NCBI RefSeq assembly: GCF_018977255.1 | Contig: NW_024704755.1 | Location: 5,890,001 to 5,954,000 of the forward strand | Direction of reading: 5' to 3' | From: Callorhinchus milii | Lineage: Eukaryota | DNA: 64,000 bases | In this document: one piece after another, positions 1 to 12,069 of the stretch | Layout: the number at the start of each line of letters is the position of its first letter | How positions within the stretch are numbered: the first letter of the stretch is position 1 | Program-made: the position numbers and the translations under genes | The notes under the pieces: generated by a model | What the model was told of the DNA's origin: nothing | The model's database searches: none | The model's input: the letters and a program-made list of their open reading frames with translations, nothing else

Positions 1-15
1 ACAGATAGAGAGAAG

Positions 16-3000
16 ATGTGGATCTCGGTCTTTCTTTTCTGCCTTTTTACTCTCACTTCTGCAGATGAGTTCAATGTACGGGCAAAGGAACTAATGAAAA
101 AACATCCACTCATAGACGGGTGAGTATCTATAAAAGTCACAAAACTGAACAATTTCTAGATTTGCACCATATATGGATTTAAGTGCAATTATGGATCAAG
201 ATAGTTGCTTTCTTTTAGCTATCAGTGATATTTACAGAAATTGTAATCTCCGTGTTAAAGCTGTTTTTGTGTATAAACTTGCACTAAGCACTCGGTGTCC
301 CAACAAAATGCAATGAACAATGCTAATGTTTCCTACAGCAACTGCACTTATATAAATAATAATTCTTGCATTTGATATATCGCCTTATCCCATTTCTTTT
401 ATGGGTGATTGACGTCTTTATATTAGAATTAATAGATACCAAAATACCACAATTTGTTTTTTGACATTTGAGCCCTTCTTTTCAGACACAATGATTTACC
501 CTGGCAACTTCTAAAACGTTTCCACAATCAGTTGAACAAAGTGGATCTGAACACATTCAATGAAACCCACACCAATATCCCTAAGCTGAAGCTTGGCCAT
601 GTTGGAGGACAGGTATGGTGTTTGTTTAGTCATCGATTGATTGAAGTATTTCGCTAACATACTCCTGCAAGAACATAAAGTAGCAATGAATGAGAAAGGC
701 CATCTAGGCCATGAAGCTGACTGCATCCAATGGATCATTCACAATTTACTCACAATAATTATATTCTAATATAACTGATGTAATCTTACGAAGGGACTTT
801 CAGGAGCAAAACATGGAGAAAAATGTTGCATTCCTCCTGAGCCCCAAAAGATCAAGGTTACCTTTAACTTGTTTGATTGATTAACAAGAACAAATTGAAC
901 TAATTGTCTGAAGTGGACTTTTGTGTGTCCCACTCTTCTAGTTTTGGGCAGCGTTCACACCATGTGACACCCAGTACAAAGATGCTGTGAGGCAGACCTT
1001 AGATCAGATTGATGTCATCCACAGAATGTGCAAGAAATACCCTGAGACATTCACTTTTGCTGAAACGAGCGCCGGTGAGTTCATAATAATAATAATAATG
1101 ATGATGATAATAGTAATAATAATAATAATAATCCTTGCATTTGATTTAGCGCCTTATCACGTTGTCCAGACATCTTAAAGGGCTTCACAGAATATACCGT
1201 AAAGTGAATCGACTATATTTTGTGAGCGAAACGCGGTAGCCAATTGCGCACATGGCAGTTGTGGAATGAGTTATCCATTCCCAGCATTTTCCATCATTAT
1301 TTATCTTGAAAGATTGGCCAACCAAACAACAACAACAAGATTCCATTTATAAAGCGCCTTTCACGTCAGGAGGACGTCCCAAGGCCCTGCACAGTTGGGT
1401 CATGACCCGAGCAGGGGGGAAATGGTCAGGGTGAGGGGAGGGAAGGGAGGGAGCGAGGAGGGGGGAAATGGTCAGGGTGAGGGGAGGGAAGGGAGGGAGC
1501 GAGGAGGGGGAAGAGAGTCGAGAGGGGAGCTGAAGGCACGATCAAACATCGTACCAACAGGGATCCAAACGTTAAAAATAGAGGAGAATCGAAACAAAAA
1601 TCTCTCAAAATCTGTCAGGAGGAAATCAACGTGATTTGTGACATCGCTTTGAATTCAAGTGAAAAAATCACTGATAACCTAAATCTCTTTCTTTCTGATC
1701 AGATATAAGGACAGCTTTCAAAAATAAAAAAGTGGCCAGTTTAATTGGTGTTGAAGGCGGACACTCGATAGACAGCAGCATGGCTACACTACGCCTCTTC
1801 TATTCACTAGGAGTGCGTTACATGACCCTTACACACAGCTGCAACACACCTTGGTAAGGAATAAATATTGCCATCATTTTCTCTCCTGTTAAAAAGATGG
1901 TCACTATTTGATATACGTGTTTCATCTAGTTTAACCCCATCACGTACAGTGTTCTGTTATGCCATGACATGGTAGCAGCACTTGTGTTCTTGAGGTGCCA
2001 GCTTACAGCTTTCTCATCAGATTTTTCTCAGTTCATTTCATGTTAGTACTTCAAAGCAGAGTAATACATGGTAACAACCTGATCACAGTACAAACACAGT
2101 GCTTTTAGTCTGTTTTACATTATTATATCACACGATATACTGGAAAGTGGAATGACTGTGTATTTTGTTGGCCAAACATGACAGCCAATTGCGCACACCA
2201 GGTTAACTCCAGATTAAACCATGTGAATTTACGGTCTGTGACCAAAGAAATATTTTGTAAAATCCTTTCAGGGCGGACTGCTGGAAGGTGAATACTGGAG
2301 CTGTGGAAGCCGAGAATAATGGACTGTCAGATTTCGGGAAGGTTAGTGAGTGCAGTGCATTTCATTACAAACATCCTCATAAATCTGAATAGATGACTGG
2401 CTCCTTTCAACCTTTCCAGTCACAATAATGTTGGTTCACATTATTCATGCAAAGCAGATTGAGAATGAGATTGAAAGGCCTGTGTCCTCATGTAAAACTG
2501 CTAGAGGAGCCATTCTCATTGCCAATACTCGACAACATCAACAGTGTGTTGAGACTCATGTTGAAACACCACTGCACAACAAGTTCAGTCTTATTTCCCA
2601 AGTTCCTGAGGTAACTCGGTTACTGAGAAATCCCATTGAGAAATACTGCAAATTAGATCCACTGAAGCTAAGAGATCACAGCATTGACAAAGCCAGGATG
2701 AACTCACCTCAGTGATGATGCATGAGTAAGTGTTAAATCAGATGCTGTTGGTTCTTTTCAACCTGCTAATATCGCTCTCCTTTATTGAACGTAAGAAAAT
2801 CATCAAAGAGATGAACCATCTGGGAATGATCGTGGATTTAGCCCATGTTTCTGTCAAGACGATGTCTGATGCGCTGGAGGTTTCAGAGGCCCCTATAATC
2901 TTTAGCCATTCATCTGCCTACGCCCTGTGTAAGCACGAACGCAATGTGCCGGATAATATTCTGAAGATTGTGGTAAGAATCTCAATAATCGTAAATTTCT

Positions 3001-6000
3001 CTAAATCGGAATTTTGTAGTAAAGTTTACTGATCTCAGTACAGTACAAACTTAGCTCAATGACCCATATTTGCCCACTAAATGCAAAATAGGCACGAGGT
3101 GTTAAACTTGACATGGGGCTTGAACCCCACAACCTTGGAGGCCATAGTGTTACTAACTGAACCAGGCTGCCATCAGGTTCAATCCCTGTGCCATTCTGTT
3201 CCTCCCGCCCCCCCCGCCCTGCATGTTAAGGTGCATGTTAAAAAAGTCCCATCAAGACAGGATGTTAGTCTTCACCTGGCAGTACTGATGCTGGGCCCAG
3301 CACTGTGAGGAGGTTTCAGTGGAGTAAATGTCAAAGGATGTATATGGTAATGGTTTTTGGTAACTTCCGATACCATTACGCAATTTGCAGCTTCTGGGTA
3401 CAGAGTGGTTGAAAATCCAGTTGTGGCTTTGAAAAGGGAATTGGATAGGTACTTGAAGAGGAAACATTTGCAGGGCTATGGGGTAAGAGCGGGGGAGGGG
3501 ACGAGTTGGATAGCCTTTTCAAAGAGTCGGCACAGGCACGATGGGTCGAAAGGCCTCCTTCTGTGCTGTAAGATTCTATGATTCTATGGTGAAAGCAGAG
3601 GCCTGTACAACAAGCTGTCTGTGGAAAGACAGATTCTCTAAATATCACGGCACAATGACAACCATTCAGATGAAAATCAATGTTTCAAGCGATATTTAGT
3701 AAATGCTTCTAGAATATGAAAACACGCCGTGTGTCCAGGACTTCAATTCTCTGCATATACCAGGTCTTTCAGCTCATTGACCCGCTGTATTGATGCATTT
3801 ATTTGACAGAAAGAGAAGAAAGGTGTCGTCATGGTGAACTTCTACAATACGTATGTGACCTGTAGTGACAATGCTAATCTGTCAGACGTAGCAGGTCAGT
3901 ATATGCAGTGTTTGACATACTCTTCATTCTTAAACCTTCAACTCGAAGGTGACAATCGATCAATCAATGATTGTGATAAACCAAATTTGTCCAGGAGACC
4001 ATGTTTTCAGCTTCTCTATTGATTAGTTGCTCCTGCACCAAGCCTGCCACTTCCGTGACAGTGCATTCATTTTCGATGAAATCACTGTTACTGTTTGCAT
4101 TTTGTCCACAGAGACGCAAATGTTTTGCAGATGTAGTTTCCTGTGTGATAACAACTATGCACCCACCAGTGTCAGCAGAGTATTTTAGAGTGGAAGGGGA
4201 AGAAGTGGAGGGTTGGAAAGCGGAAGAAGAGAAGAGTGTCAAGTTATGAACTTTTTTTAATTACTGAAAAGGCGCTGCAAAGTTGCTAGATAGCCAAATC
4301 TCATTTGGAGGAAGCAGATTACAATGAGATAAGACTTAAGTGACTTCAAGTTAGGGGAACAACTCAAAAGCAGCAAGACTCATTAAAAAAAATCCATGAG
4401 GCACAGTGGTAGATCTAATGCTGCAACCTGTATTCCTGGCAATTAGCTTAGCTTGATCCTGTTCACACCCACGGATACAGAGATAAGAAAGAGGGATAAA
4501 TAGCTTGGAGGTCCATCAAGCAAGTTCCCATGAGGATCCCTCAACCCACACAGTGTCCACCAGCACATCTCTCCATCTGCTGCCACTCACCTTGCTTAAC
4601 AGAGTCTGATCTCTTGAAATAATGTAGGCCTTTTATTCAGCCTGACACCCACAGTACCCTCTGTACCTATAGGGGAAAGGCGAGGCTTTCAGAATGAAAT
4701 GTTACTTTCAGCAGTTGTTTAGATTGCTTCAATACCACTTTGCAGGGCTATTTTGTGTCCCCAACCCTCCATGAGTTAGAGAACCTGAAGTTGAAAGATT
4801 GAGGTCAAACATGAGTTGCAAGAAATATCGACAAAGGAACACAATAGAATGGGGTTAATTCTAAGCATTCAGAGACGCTCCCCTGTGTGGAGGGTGCTAT
4901 ATAAGTGCAAGAAGTTGTTGTTGTTAATTATCATGGTGACATTGTCTGTTCAGGAAATGTATTATAATTGAACTCATGAACTCAAGTGAATTATCCCACA
5001 GCTTTGAATATCACGGTTAGAGTTAGAGTAAGATTTAAAAACTTTTCAAATTGTTTCTGCAGATCATTTTGATTACATCAAGAACGTTGCTGGTTACGAG
5101 GCCGTGGGGTTTGGTGGAGATTACGATGGTGTCAACAGGTCATTTTGAAAAATCCAGCTCATTTGCGATTGTTATTCAGTGCTACTCCTGGCTCGGAGTC
5201 AGGCTGAGACTCTAACCTGCGTGAAGGGCGGTATATAAGTGCAACTTTTTATTGTTGTACTAATTCACTGTCAATTATCAATAATAATAATATTAATCCT
5301 TGCATTTGATATAGCGCCTTATCACGTCTTTGAGATGTCTCAAAAGGCTTCATGGAATATATCATAAAGTGGATTGATTGTGTATTTTGTGAGCGAGACA
5401 CATGAATTGTTTAGTTAATTGAAAATGTACAGTATAAATGGGGGACTTAGAAAAGCAAACAGAAGCTTACTTAATAATAGTTAATAAACAATACACTCAC
5501 CCACATCATAAACTGGTACAGCTGTACTTAAGGATCTTCATGGAGGAACAAAATGTTCCGACTTGATACTTCACTTAGGTCAATGCTTACGGTTGCCTTT
5601 CACCGATTGCAGATTACCTACAGGGTTGGAGGACGTGTCCTTCTACCCGGATCTGGTGGCTGAGCTGCTGAGGAGAAACTGGACTGACATGGAGGTGCAA
5701 GCGGCTCTGGGAGAAAACCTCCTCCGGGTCTTTGAGGCCGTTGAAAATGTGAGGGCCACATGCTTTAAACCTTTACCCCCTGGGATTCTCATATTTTTGG
5801 AAACTGTTCTTTTTAAATTCAGGTGACTGCTAGTGTGTGTAAACTAGAATTAAACCAGCACTTGTTAATTTAGTAACAAGTGCTGGTTTACCCTGGTTTA
5901 TCCCGATTTGCTTAACCCCCAATCCACCACCCGCTGCCTCCGCTCGACTGGCTCCGGCCTCCTCTTTGTCCCTCGTGCCGTCCCTTCCACCATCGGTGGC

Positions 6001-7860
6001 CGCGCCTTCTGGAACTCCCTCCCTCAATCCCTCCGCTTTGCCCCCTCATTCCCCACCTTCAAATCCCTCCTAAAGAGCTTCCATTTTGATCGTGCTTACG
6101 GTCGCCTAACCCCCCCCCCCCTCCCTATCTCCCTGGCTGGTTGTCAGACTGCCACTGTGAAGCGCTCCGGGACGTTACCCCACGTGAAGGGCGCTATATA
6201 ACTGCAAGTTGTTGTTGTTGTAGTAGACCCCCCGATACAAGGCAGCCCATAAAATTCCAAGCTGCTTTACGACATCAAAAGTGGCCTAAATGTCATCATT
6301 TTCAGGTTGTGATGCCATCAATTACACGACTGAGGTGATGTATGCAACCTTTCACGTTAGTCTCGAAACATTTCAGAGTTATGGGGAAAAAGCAGGTAAA
6401 TGGGCCTGAAAGAGCCAGCACAGAAGTGATGGGGAGAATGACATTCTTCTGTGCTGTAAATCTACAATACGTTTCTATGGTTCATGGGATATATTGTAAA
6501 ATGGAGTGACTATATTTTTTGGCTGAACGGGTTTAATGTCCAGACAATATGCTGAAGCAATTTAAAAAGTTATTAGGAAATAGAACTGGCACAGTAAAAT
6601 ATAAATCTACAGACATTTTAAGGCTGATTAGAATACACTAAGCACAGTGTGTCCACACCTGGTATAGAAAAGAATAGTAAGGTTAATCCCCAATGCAAAG
6701 GAGCTATGAAGTTTATGCAATAATAACAAATTGAATCTTTAACCATCTATATTAGATTTTGTTTATCTTGTTTACATTTTCTATTGCTCTGTTAGGAGCT
6801 TTAATGTCTGTGTTCCAATGCCATCACTTAATCTCTTCGGTAAACTTTCCTGTGAGAAATGTGTATGCTATTGTTGGTGAATCTTTTATCTTTTATTTCC
6901 AGCACAGTACATGAAAAACCTACGGGAGACACTCTCCCCCCAGTCCCAGACTACACCTTACAATGTTAAAAACAACCTTTATTGTTGGCAATCTTGTAGC
7001 AACCTTTGGAGGAAATATCCAATCAAAGTCCAATTTGCCTATCTAAGTGGGTGATAAAATGGCACTGTTCAAAAAAAGGAGGAAGATTATTTTCGTATCC
7101 TGGTCAACAATCCTCCAGATAAAATTTTATTATTCACTTCCTGGTCTATAAACTAACTTTAATGCTATATAATTTAGCAACTGAGCACCCAACCAAATAA
7201 ATATAATAAATAGAAAAGTCACGGTTGAATTAGATAAGCATCAGCTGCAATAAAGTATAGCAACTCTTTCAGAAAACAAATGGCAGTGACTAAGATATGA
7301 ACCTAGATAAAAATGTGGAACTTCACCTTCACATTGATAATAACAGATATCACACGGTTGTTAACTAAAGATAACAAGAACTGGAGTCAGGTTTGCACTT
7401 TTATGCTCCAAATAAAGGGAACATTTTCCTTTTTTCTCTTGTCCCTTTTGAAGAGAACAATTAATACCCTACCCCCCCCCCCCCCCTCCCCCTCATCTGG
7501 ACTTTTGCTGTTAATTTATTGAGAAAAATTATTGGTTTTAACATAATCTATCGTAAAAAATGCTGAATTTTGCAGAACCTTCGGCTTTGGGGGGAGGGGA
7601 TAAACATGGCCTCTTGTTAAGCTGGATCACACATTGCTCTCAATCGCAAGCAGTGTGGTTTTAGTTAGCTGAACTCCAGCAGGGTAGAAATGGCAGCAAT
7701 TCAACAGTGAAATTGAAGCAAGTTGGGTTGTACAGGAGGGACTGAAACCTTTCTCTTTTGTGTTGTTTAGGTTAGAAACGAGCTGTTGGTTGATGACACC
7801 CCCATTTCTTATGACAAGGTTCAGAATCCATGTAGAACTTCTTACGGCTATTCAAACTGA
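16..7860 (+). CDS. DPEP1: Dipeptidase 1 (renal/membrane dipeptidase, peptidase family M19), 10 coding exons, ~382 aa to the first stop
   Basis: GT-AG exons with consistent phases: 16-119 ([23 protein letters not shown], signal peptide), 486-612 (HNDLPWQ..HTNIPKL..VGGQ), 942-1074 ([25 protein letters not shown]), 1703-1853 ([28 protein letters not shown]), 2272-2341, 2796-2972 ([18 protein letters not shown]), 3810-3894 (VMVNFYN), 5063-5138 (GFGGDYDGV), 5613-5748 ([19 protein letters not shown]), 7771-7860 (..[10 protein letters not shown]). Metal-binding HND and EGGH motifs of M19 dipeptidases are intact. Confidence 0.95.
1085..1255 (-). mobile_element. SINE 3' fragment (same family as 61164-61490)
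   Basis: (AAT)n CCTTGCATTTGATTTAGCGCCTTATCACG..GGGCTTCACAGAATATA..GCCAATTGCGCAC is the reverse complement of the SINE tail and core. Confidence 0.8.
1325..1550 (-). mobile_element. L2-type LINE 3' end fragment with an internal ~46-bp tandem duplication
   Basis: (AAC)n tail and AAAGCGCCTTTCACGTC..GGACGTCCCAAG; GAAGGCACGATCAAA matches the reverse of the L2 end near 6085; GGGGGAAATGGTCAGGGTGAGGGGAGGGAAGGGAGGGAGCGAGGA occurs twice. Confidence 0.6.
3390..3588 (+). mobile_element. CR1-type LINE 3' end
   Basis: ORF2 terminus [12 protein letters not shown] and 3' UTR GGCACAGGCACGATGGGTCGAAAGGCCTCCTTCTGTGCTGTAAG ending in (ATTCTATG)2. Confidence 0.8.
5281..5402 (-). mobile_element. SINE 3' fragment
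   Basis: ATAATAAT..CCTTGCATTTGATATAGCGCCTTATCACGTCTTTGAGATGTCTCAAAAGGCTTCA. Confidence 0.8.
5905..6221 (+). mobile_element. L2-clade LINE 3' fragment (ORF2 C-terminus plus tail)
   Basis: Translation [37 protein letters not shown] resembles the typical L2 ORF2 end; tail TGTGAAGCGCTCCGGGACG..GGCGCTATATAACTGCAAG(TTG)n. Confidence 0.8.
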
Positions 7861-7935
7861 TCCAATACCGGAATATCACTAAGTCTTCTGCCTGCATCTG
7901 TCGCTCTAGCTGCACTATGCTATCTGTTAGTGTAA
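7861..7935 (+). other. In-frame extension after the DPEP1 TGA encoding a GPI-anchor-signal-like peptide
   Basis: After TGA at 7858-7860 the same frame reads SNTGISLSLLPASVALAALCYLLV then TAA (7933-7935): small residues, spacer, hydrophobic tail, at the position of the GPI signal in mammalian DPEP1. Confidence 0.75.
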
Positions 7936-8325
7936 GGGTCAACAAACCACTTACTGTACGACAGTTAACATCAATATCTACAAGGGGCAGTGCTGTTGTT
8001 GTATCACTGAAACAACCATCACCTACGATAAGGAAATCCCAATTGAAAGAAAACATGATCGGGAGTACAGTGAACTTGTTTAGTATGTGTGTTATTGAAT
8101 TCTTATAATTCAACCCAAAGTTATCTCGAGACATTTTTATTAATGGTTTGTTTTTCAAATGTCAAGCACTTGAAATCACATAATTCAACAATTCAATCAG
8201 TACTATGAAATTAGCATTATAAAATATGTTATGTCTTGACTGAATACATTCTATATGATGTTCGTTAACCTCTCTCTCATCAATATAGTCTGTATTCTGT
8301 GTTGTGAAACTAAGAATTATGACAC

Positions 8326-8348
8326 AATAAAACATATTTTCAAATAAA
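8326..8348 (+). terminator. Candidate DPEP1 polyadenylation signals
   Basis: Two AATAAA hexamers (8326-8331, 8343-8348) about 400 nt after the last coding segment. Confidence 0.5.
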
Positions 8349-11131
8349 ACCAAGTTTTTTCAGTGTAGCACGAGGACAAACTTACAGTGCAGTCACTCAG
8401 AAAATTGTGTTACTTTAACTTACTAATGCTTTCTTCCAATTTAATATTATTATTATTATTATTAATAATCTGTAAGGCATAGTCTTAAATGTATTTCCTT
8501 TCACAAATGGCAAACTAATTATTTGATGTTTGATTTTTAAAAAATCTCTTAGTAGCAACTACTATCAGACACTGGGGGAAAAAAGGCAAAGTTAAAGCAA
8601 TTAAGGTTTATTCAGTAGAATGACCCAGTTAGTTATTCATTTCCCATTTTTGAAATGGTACTGGAAATTAAGACAACTTTTAACATTTGATATTTGAAAG
8701 TGATGATTTATTCAAATGTGAATCAGATAGATTTCTTTTATGATATAATATTTTGGGATGCAGTATATGAGCAGTTTGAAATATGATGTATAGTGAGTGT
8801 AGTATGGCTCAGAAGAATCAGGCAACTTTGCTTCGAAGGTTCCTAAAGCTTTCCACTCTGTTGCAGACGAATCCATAGAGAATTAATCAATATCAACATC
8901 CCTCCATTATTGTGACTATCAGGATGGTAGAATGCAAGCTAGATTGACATGGTCTTTTTGCGTCTAGCAATTCATACGTTCCCATGTTCAAACTAAATGT
9001 TTAGTTTCCTCTTGGAAAAGTCAACAGTAAACCAGGACTCCAAATGTCCCAGAATGGGATTTGGAGCCTGCAACTGCATCAAGTCCTTTTTCTGATTCAG
9101 GTGTAATTTCCTTGTTTGGTTGGCAGTTGTTCTCCTTTCTCCTTTCCAGCTAGTGGTGATTGCAGTCTAAACACCAGTATTGTGGTCGTATGAACTATCT
9201 ACCTCTCACACGAAGTGGAAAATAGGTCAAGTGGAAGTTCAGTAAATCTTATTAACAAAAACTTGTATCTAACTATTTACAGGAAACTCAAGCTTTAGGA
9301 ACCTTGTTTTGTATTCAGTGTTTCCAGTTCCTGTGGTTACCATCCTAATAGTCGCATGCTATAATGGAGAGATGTTGTAATATTAATCAATATACTGACA
9401 CATCATTCCCATTAGTACCAAAAATCTAATTTCCAATCTATGACCTTTTATAAAATTTGGGTGGCTTTCCTGACATTGGACCGTTCTGCTGACCTAAATA
9501 TGAATATGTGAAGCTATACAGATTCAATACAAGATAATCTTAAAATCTTCAATGTTTTGCATTTACACAAAAGCAAACCGATAGTAGCGTGGAAACAGGT
9601 TCATCATTTCCTTTGACTGCATTTTGTTGTTTTCCGCTTATAAATAAACATTGCGGTGAACTGTTTCATAAGCAGAGAACAAAGTGTGGTGAACAAGAAA
9701 TTATTCATCATGAGACGGATATTCCTGAAATTCCTGCTAACTGGTATTTCAGGGTTTGATGACCTCTACATACATTAAAGTTAATATAAACCAAAGTCCC
9801 AGTGCGAGGCTTGGATCCCTGTGAAGCGCTTTGAAATGTTTTCTGACATTAAAGCTGCTATAGTTGTCTAGTTGGCGCTGAACCCACACCTCTGACTGAA
9901 GTGTTACCAACTAAGCTAAAATAACACCTAATATTTTGTCTGAACTTGTGCCGAATATAGCATTTAATTCTACCTGGGCTTTATGTTCTTACCAATGAAT
10001 TTCCCACAAATACTTCTATAGACAATCCCATAATACATGAGGAAAGTTGTTTACTGCTCAGTATCAAATTCCACTTGATGTTTGCACTCCCAAATAAATG
10101 AGTCACCTAAAATTTCCCCAAGGCTGAAAATTTGGGTGACTTTTCTGACATTGGACCACAATAACTTCCAAGTAATCAAGATGGAATTCCCATCTACTTT
10201 CCCATGAAACTCCACACTCAGGTAGGTCAAGGGACTTTTACACTTTGTGAAAATATATTTTCCTACTGCAGAAAGCAGAATTGTCTGTTCAATCTCGCCA
10301 TGAAGCAACACTCTGGCGTTATTTTTCTACGAGCGACAATGTGATTAAAAACTTAAATATCTGCAATATTGGGAGCCAATCTATATTAAACTCCAACCGA
10401 GTCTGTTTCTGGAAGCTGATTTGTCCATTAAGTGACAGAAAGCCCCAAGTAATGTACCACAACTTTTTATTCCCAAATTTGAATTTGGGGCTATTTTGAA
10501 GCTGCTGATTAAATATTTCTGAGCAAAGTAATAAAATAATTGGATCATTTTCGCTAAATTGTGGGATCTTTACCTGATGGTTCTTCCCTTTTTTAGCTGT
10601 TTGGGAGTTTCTATCCGACAGCCTATTTTCATCTAATCCGTAGTCACAATACAATTTCATTTTTGGCAGTGATTTGGAGGCCTCACGTGGCCAAGCGTTG
10701 TATTACAGTAACACTATCTTACCTTTGTAAATAACATTATACTTTAACATTGTGCATAGCTAGGATTTGAAAATAAGACCATTCTTTGTGTTTTACACAA
10801 TATATAGCTAATTATTTTTCTGCCAAACAAATCGATCAAGGCTACTTTTGTATCGATAGCTAATTTTAAGATCATTCATAGATACGGTTTGGGTTGAGAG
10901 CCCAATTGAGTTGCTGCAAGGATGTTACACTAAATGTGAAGTTTCATTTTAATGGAAACACTGCAAGATATATTCCAAGTACCTGATCCCCAACATCAGA
11001 CCGTGCCTCATATATTATAGAGAATTAAAAATCAAAGTTACAAATTCTAATCTCTAAAACAATCTCAGGTGTAAAAATCTAATTACATCCATTTTTGAGT
11101 TTTGAAGTACAAGGGAAAGAACGTAGGAGGA

Positions 11132-11250
11132 ATAATAATAATCTTTGCACTTGATGTAGTGCCTTACAGTGTCTTTGAGCTGTCTCAAAAGTACTTCACA
11201 GAATATACTGTAAAGTGTAGTGACTGTATTTTGTGGGCGAAATGCGGTTT
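11132..11250 (-). mobile_element. SINE 3' fragment (duplicated at about 23934-24050)
   Basis: ATAATAATAATCTTTGCACTTGATGTAGTGCCTT..CTTCACAGAATATACTGTAAAGTG..TTTTGTGGGCGAAA. Confidence 0.75.
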
Positions 11251-12069
11251 TTGATCATTGTACACTGGGAGTTGAGGAATCCTGTAAACCCAGTTTATCT
11301 CGGCTTTTTTAAATCCGTTATGAGGTGAACAAAATAACCATGGCAGATCAGAAACTGCGTTTTTATATAGAAAATCGAATGTCATCTACTTTGAAGATGA
11401 ATACAAGCATACAACTGTGGATACAATCATATTGTAACAGATACAATACATTAGCAGGACTAACTGCAATGGTGGCAGAAAAAAAACTGTCATGCAGTAA
11501 ATTTTTTCAAATATTTTCTGCAAGTTAACGAGAAATCATACACTTTCCAATTAATGTATGTAAAATTCCCAAAATTCAAAAATCACACTGGATACAAGGT
11601 GAAATAGGTGTCAGAGATAGCCAGAGCTGGTTCCATGTAATCTTCAGCTAAAATAGTACTTTTAAACAATTACATTTAATACCTTAAATTTTAGTTATCA
11701 AAAATCATACCTCGTCCAAAAGTGTTCATTTCAATTCAATTTTGAGCCAAAATTAAGAAGGCACAACAGATATAAATATAAAACAATGGTCTGAATCACT
11801 ACGAACGTTCTGAAATGTGCTCTCTGATACAACTTTTGAGATCTTTAAAATATTGACTGCCTTGAAATACCAGCTTGAAAAAGCGATACAAGTTTGGAAA
11901 ACGATCTTGAATAACATTTCAGATGTTTTCATTTCTTACTGAAAGCAACCTTGAGCCTTCCCACAATCCGCTGCGGTGGAGCAGCAGTAAGTTGCTGAAT
12001 TATCTTCCCCTTCCATAGAGAATCTGACGTGTGAGAAATAGTTCTTTTTGTAGCTAATAAGACGATAAG

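Noticed and set aside
8204-8240. ATGA..AAAA..TGA as a SECIS element for the DPEP1 UGA
   Set aside because: Only about 6 bp of the required upper stem can pair and the geometry is non-canonical; not supportable without a SECIS search.
10319-10660. 113-aa minus-strand ORF
   Set aside because: No recognisable homology or splice structure; disrupted in the duplicate copy.
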